This document shows, in pieces, positions 59,730 to 64,000 of a stretch of DNA of 64,000 bases. The position numbers were made by a program, and so were the translations under genes. The notes below the pieces were generated by a model. It was not told the origin of the DNA and did not search any database. It was given only the letters and a program-made list of their open reading frames with translations. Origin of the DNA: Candidatus Latescibacterota bacterium. GTDB taxonomy: Bacteria; Latescibacterota; UBA2968. Numbering within the stretch: the stretch's first letter is position 1; every line of letters starts with the position of its first letter. Location of the stretch: NCBI GenBank assembly GCA_965222605.1, contig OZ244960.1:4640001-4704000 (forward strand), written 5' to 3'.

Positions 59730-60461
59730 CTATTGAGAAGATTTTGCCTGTATAATGAATGCTGTTTCATAGCCTTTCTTTGTTACCTCCTCGAGTAATA
59801 TTTCTGCATCGTTGCGCATCTGAAAATTGCCGACGCGCACCTTAAAATAAGGGGGTTCAAAATCGATAAAAACATCGTCGCGCGCCAGTTGGATACGCGC
59901 TTGCATTTGTGCATTTTCCGCTGAGCCTCGCGTCGATGACGAAAAAATTTGAACTCGAAAACCCGACGTGGCATTGTCTTGCGATTGCATATCGGCAATT
60001 TGTGTGCGAACCACATAAGCTTCGGGATAGCCAAGTGCTCTAATGGCGTCGCGCAGTGTTTTTGCTGATTCGGGCGTGCGGCTGTTGCCTGCTTGAATTT
60101 TGTAGAGTTGTATCTCTTCGTCGAGATGAATATATGTCAGGACCTGAGCATCGCGCTGAATTTGTTCGCGCAAGGCTTCTGCTCGGTTGTAATCGCGAAG
60201 GGCTGCGACTTGAACGCGAAAGCCCTCAAGTTGTGATACTTCCGCAGGAGGTATTACCTCGGCGCGTACAGGTGTTTGCAACACCGTGTCGTCGTCCATG
60301 AGGGTCTGCGGGTCAAATTCTTCTCGCGCCGTCGATGAATCAGTCGTTGATGAATCAGCCATTGGTGAATCAGCCGGAGGAGCGAGTTGGGTCTGTTGTG
60401 CGACACAGCCGATCAGGAACACGATAAATAAGACAAATAATAAGATTCTTTTTCTCACCAT
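59730..60461 (-). CDS. SPOR-domain lipoprotein (two SPOR domains)
   Basis: LIGC lipobox, GFRVQV/GFRVQI, YFKVRVGNF. Confidence 0.85.
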   Translation of the reverse strand: MVRKRILLFVLFIVFLIGCVAQQTQLAPPADSPMADSSTTDSSTAREEFDPQTLMDDDTVLQTPVRAEVIPPAEVSQLEGFRVQVAALRDYNRAEALREQIQRDAQVLTYIHLDEEIQLYKIQAGNSRTPESAKTLRDAIRALGYPEAYVVRTQIADMQSQDNATSGFRVQIFSSSTRGSAENAQMQARIQLARDDVFIDFEPPYFKVRVGNFQMRNDAEILLEEVTKKGYETAFIIQAKSSQ

Positions 60462-60551
60462 TTTGCCTCCACGAGCAGTTGTCAGTTTCATTTTCAACCT
60501 TCACCCGTGCCATCTACCTCTGTCCATTGCCCAGACGCGATTTCACCTCAC

Positions 60552-60580
60552 ATTTTAAGAATGCATGCAAAATTTGTCAA
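60552..60580 (-). promoter_or_regulatory. sigma70-type promoter of SPOR-mltD-mreD-mrdA-rodA
   Basis: TTGACA-N17-TAAAAT. Confidence 0.7.
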
Positions 60581-60688
60581 TAACTTATATTGCGCAATTT
60601 ACCGAAAAATACTCTATTTTGCCCAATATCTTGTATATCTTTAAAAAAATAATAAAGTCGCTTAATTATACAATAAACTACAAGTTTA

Positions 60689-61723
60689 CTATCCAAACCA
60701 ACGCGCAAATATTTCTGAGTAATTGCCTTTTGCCACACCTTTTTCTGTTATGATCGCCGTGACGAGGTGATTGGGGGTCACGTCAAAGGCGGGATTGTAC
60801 ACCTGGATGCCGCTGGGCGCGGTTTGCCGCCCCATGCCGTGCGTGATTTCTTCTGTTTCGCGCTCTTCAATGGGAATTTGTGCGCCAGTGTCGCGTTTCA
60901 TGTCAATGGTAGATAAGGGTGCGGCCACGTAAAAAGGCACCTGGTGCGCTTTGGCCAAGATGGCCAGTCCATAGGTGCCGATTTTGTTGGCTACGTCTCC
61001 GTTTTTGGCAATGCGATCTGCGCCGACAACGATGCTGTCGATGTTTTTTTCGCGCAGCACCGCAGCGGCCATGCTATCGCATATTACGGTGACATCTACG
61101 CCGCTTTGATTCAGTTCCCATGCCGTGAGGCGTGATCCCTGTAAAAGTGGACGGGTTTCATCGGCATAGACCGCGACCTGTTTGCCCGCTTCAACTGCGG
61201 CGTAAACCACTGCTAAGGCCGTGCCGTAGTCGGCTGTGGCCAGGCCGCCTGCATTGCAGTGGGTCAATACAGTCGCTTGTGAAGATAGCAATTCGGCACC
61301 ATTGCGACCAATTTGGCGGCATATTCTTTTGTCGTCTTCAAAAATTTCGTGGGCTTCTTTGAGCAGGCGGTCGCGTTTTTTAGCGGGTGAATGGCTGGCT
61401 GCTTTGGCGAGAACTTTTTTCTGGCGGTCGAGTGCCCAAAAGAGGTTGACGGCTGTAGGGCGCGTTTGCGACAGTTTTTGAATGCTTTCTGCGACATCCC
61501 GGTCAAAGTCAGCATCTCGTGCTATGGCTTCTTGCGCTGCAATCACGACGCCATAAGCAGCCGCTACGCCAATGGCTGGGGCGCCGCGCACCCTCAAGCT
61601 GACGATGGCTTCTGCCACCGTGTTGACATCGCGGCAAGTGATGAATTTGTACTCTTCGGGTAATAAGGTCTGGTCGATGAGGCGCAGGGCATCATTTTTC
61701 CAGGTGATGGTTGGAACGGGCAT
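60689..61723 (-). CDS. mtnA: Methylthioribose-1-phosphate isomerase
   Basis: VRGAPAIG, RPTAVNL, THCNAG, ETRP, NKIGT, NPAFDVTP. Confidence 0.96.
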   Translation of the reverse strand: MPVPTITWKNDALRLIDQTLLPEEYKFITCRDVNTVAEAIVSLRVRGAPAIGVAAAYGVVIAAQEAIARDADFDRDVAESIQKLSQTRPTAVNLFWALDRQKKVLAKAASHSPAKKRDRLLKEAHEIFEDDKRICRQIGRNGAELLSSQATVLTHCNAGGLATADYGTALAVVYAAVEAGKQVAVYADETRPLLQGSRLTAWELNQSGVDVTVICDSMAAAVLREKNIDSIVVGADRIAKNGDVANKIGTYGLAILAKAHQVPFYVAAPLSTIDMKRDTGAQIPIEERETEEITHGMGRQTAPSGIQVYNPAFDVTPNHLVTAIITEKGVAKGNYSEIFARWFG

Positions 61724-61739
61724 TGGCCATCTCCAATTG

Positions 61740-62123
61740 TCATGGGTCGCGGATTAAATTGTCCGTCAATACGTCGTCTTCAATGCGTTCTATCGGCGCG
61801 TCGCGCCACAGGCGTTCCAGGCCGTAAAATTGGCGCGATTCTTTTTGAAAAATATGTACGACAATGTCGAAAAAGTCGATCAGTATCCATTTTCGCACAT
61901 CATATCCCTCGACCTGATAGGGGCGCTGCCCTTCGGCTTTGAGCCCCTCGGTTACCGCATCGGCCAGGGCGCGAACATGCACATCGGATGTTCCCGTGCA
62001 GATGATAAAATAATCGGCAAAGTCAGCTATTTGGCGCAGATCAATCACAATGAGGTCTTCGGCTTTGTGCGATAGCAACTGTTCAATGCAGGCACTGCGG
62101 ACAATTTCAGTGGTATCTGACAA
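61740..62123 (-). CDS. rsfS: Ribosome silencing factor
   Basis: ADYFIICTG, WILIDF.DIVVHIF, FYGLERLW; TTG start inferred. Confidence 0.92.
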   Translation of the reverse strand: MSDTTEIVRSACIEQLLSHKAEDLIVIDLRQIADFADYFIICTGTSDVHVRALADAVTEGLKAEGQRPYQVEGYDVRKWILIDFFDIVVHIFQKESRQFYGLERLWRDAPIERIEDDVLTDNLIRDP

Positions 62124-62136
62124 ATTGAGCTGCCTT

Positions 62137-62553
62137 TCATTTAAATATTTCCAACCCGCGATAATCGCGTCCAATGATGACGGTGACTTCTTCGATGCGA
62201 AAGGGGTCGGATGTTTTTTGCTGGATCACATTGGGCGTGCCAAGGACGTTGGCGACTTGCTGGGCATATTCTATTTTCCCCATGCGATCTATGACAATGG
62301 TCTCGGGGAAGTTGAAATTTTCAGCATTTCCCAGGGTCAGGGCATCTATGCCAAAATCGCGCAGTTTTTGCCCGATCTCATTGGCAATGCCGCCTGTACC
62401 ACAGCCGTTGAGAATTTCAATGCGGATATTGTGAGAGACCTGGGGGGCGTCGGGCACGACATCAGGTGCCGTTTGCGGTTCCCAAAAGGTTTTTGTCGCA
62501 AAGACCAGGCCGGCGATGAGAAGGCCGGCGAGAACCCATAACCAGCGTTTCAT
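62137..62553 (-). CDS. LytR C-terminal domain protein
   Basis: IEILNGCG..GIA, GNA, VTVIIGRDY. Confidence 0.8.
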   Translation of the reverse strand: MKRWLWVLAGLLIAGLVFATKTFWEPQTAPDVVPDAPQVSHNIRIEILNGCGTGGIANEIGQKLRDFGIDALTLGNAENFNFPETIVIDRMGKIEYAQQVANVLGTPNVIQQKTSDPFRIEEVTVIIGRDYRGLEIFK

Positions 62554-62571
62554 GTTGATAAATATACAGAT

Positions 62572-62607
62572 AAAAAAAAAAGACGCCAGTCTTTCGCACT
62601 GGCGTCT
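62572..62607 (-). terminator. Intrinsic terminator
   Basis: AGACGCCAGT-loop-ACTGGCGTCT followed by long T run on minus strand. Confidence 0.8.
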
Positions 62608-62628
62608 CTATCTGTTAATATCGCGCTT

Positions 62629-63096
62629 TTAATAGCGTCTGTATCTCTCGTTATAATAATAGGGATAGCCATAGCCATTGAAGGTGCTGAATCCAACTTC
62701 GATGCGAATATTGGGCTTGGGCTGGTACAAAAGGCTGACATTGGGAACGACGACTTGAACACCGCCTGATGAGGTCGAACCGTAGCGCGTATTGCCCGAC
62801 ATTTGATTGACCAGGCCAACTTGCGCTCTCACGATGAGCGGTTTGGATATTTGATACGTGATGTCGTTGAGATAATACTGGTTTAAGCCACCGCCATATC
62901 CCGAACCGTAACTGATCCCAATGGTGTGGTTAAATTTGAGCTTTTTCAGGTCGAACAAACCACTGGTGGTTTTTAACCCGTTCACGAGGTTTTCACCTGC
63001 GAGCGGAATTTTGTTTTGCGGCTGAATGCCCATTTCTGCCTGTGCCTGCGTCGCAATCAACGCTACAACTGCAAGTGTGCAAATCCATTTGTGCAT
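62629..63096 (-). CDS. Secreted hypothetical beta-strand protein
   Basis: Signal peptide ending AQA, AGGAGG RBS, own promoter and terminator. Confidence 0.7.
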   Translation of the reverse strand: MHKWICTLAVVALIATQAQAEMGIQPQNKIPLAGENLVNGLKTTSGLFDLKKLKFNHTIGISYGSGYGGGLNQYYLNDITYQISKPLIVRAQVGLVNQMSGNTRYGSTSSGGVQVVVPNVSLLYQPKPNIRIEVGFSTFNGYGYPYYYNERYRRY

Positions 63097-63131
63097 GTAT
63101 AAAACCTCCTTGTTCGGGTCTGTTATAAAAC

Positions 63132-63160
63132 AGGATACGGAAACTGAGGTGAGATGTCAA
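63132..63160 (-). promoter_or_regulatory. sigma70-type promoter
   Basis: TTGACA-N17-TATCCT. Confidence 0.55.
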
Positions 63161-63218
63161 GTGTTCTGTGTTCTTAGACACCTGAGCATGTCCATGTGTT
63201 CCACAATAGAGATTGCGC

Positions 63219-63247
63219 TTGAAAGAGGAGAGAGGGATGGCTATACT
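63219..63247 (+). promoter_or_regulatory. sigma70-type promoter of TA pair
   Basis: TTGAAA-N17-TATACT. Confidence 0.6.
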
Positions 63248-63292
63248 TATGTATAATGTTCTACGCGAAAGACATTCGAAAGGAAATGAAAA

Positions 63293-63523
63293 ATGAAATT
63301 TCAACGCATCACTGTTTCTGCCGACCAAATGGGGGGATTGCCCTGTATAAGAGGTCTTCGAATCCCCGTTTCTATCGTTGTTGATCTCATCGCTGAAAAC
63401 ACACCTGATGAGGAAATTTTGAGACTCTATCCCGACCTCGAACCTGAAGACATTCGCGAAGCACTCGCTTTTGCAGCGGTTGCAGTGCGTGAACGGGAAC
63501 TTCCTCTCCAAATGACACCATGA
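63293..63523 (+). CDS. DUF433 family antitoxin
   Basis: [33 protein letters not shown]. Confidence 0.88.
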   Translation: MKFQRITVSADQMGGLPCIRGLRIPVSIVVDLIAENTPDEEILRLYPDLEPEDIREALAFAAVAVRERELPLQMTP

Positions 63524-63888
63524 GATTTCTCATTGATAATGCACTTTCCCCATTGCTGGCTCAAAAGCTCGCTGAACAAGGATACGATGCTGTACATATT
63601 CGCAAATATAATATGCAATCTGCATCCGATGAAGATATTTTTCGACTTGCTCAGAGAGAGGATAGGATCATTATTTCGGCTGACACGGACTTTGGCTCAT
63701 TACTCGCATTGAGAAGTACCCTCAAACCATCTGTAATTCTTTTTCGAAGAGGTACGGAGAGGCATCCAGAGCAACAATTTAAACTATTACAGGCCAACCT
63801 ACCGACTATTTCCAATGATCTTCAAAATGGCAGCGTTGTTGTATTTACTCAAAATAGCATACGGATCAGGCCTCTTCCCATCGCATGA
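63520..63888 (+). CDS. DUF5615 PIN-like toxin
   Basis: [25 protein letters not shown]; ATGA overlap with DUF433 gene. Confidence 0.88.
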   Translation: MRFLIDNALSPLLAQKLAEQGYDAVHIRKYNMQSASDEDIFRLAQREDRIIISADTDFGSLLALRSTLKPSVILFRRGTERHPEQQFKLLQANLPTISNDLQNGSVVVFTQNSIRIRPLPIA

Positions 63889-64000
63889 AATTAAAAAAGA
63901 GACTCCTCCGAACTTTTCAGAAGGAGAATGACATGGAAAAAGAAATATATACAACAGATGCGCCTGCATCGTGTCCGACGTTGGAAAAGTTGTCGGAGAA

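Noticed and set aside
1-64000. tRNA, rRNA, integrase, transposase, reverse transcriptase or phage genes
   Set aside because: None recognised in the window

Overview
Bacterial chromosomal window, mostly housekeeping genes on the minus strand. In order: Fe-S/radical-SAM cluster (rny, IscU-like, queG, miaB, lipA; sodA, peroxiredoxin and IscA-type carrier upstream), ygfZ-folB-folK-dNK-panB-panC, qor-NUDIX-sigma70, a DUF4159-DUF4175-TPR-X-MoxR-murD operon, a MurC-like/LD-carboxypeptidase/M48/AsmA cluster, aroA, dnaE, SPOR-mltD-mreD-mrdA-rodA, mtnA and rsfS. The centre holds a complete type I-E CRISPR-Cas locus (WYL regulator, cas3-cas8e-cas11-cas6e-cas7-cas5-cas1-cas2, 46-repeat array). Two small TA-rich islets are each bracketed by a duplicated 3' end of the upstream gene. 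Best leads: (1) a Cas4/AddB-like 4-Cys nuclease ending in a perfect beta-clamp motif (QLSLF) between dnaE and the CRISPR locus; (2) an IscU-like protein retaining one of three ligand cysteines, co-directional with the sulfur-inserting enzymes; (3) a CRISPR repeat-type switch through a chimeric repeat; (4) integrase-less TA islets at gene junctions. Gene content loosely suggests an FCB-related lineage such as Latescibacterota/Gemmatimonadota (inference only). All calls come from manual motif recognition; no searches were run.
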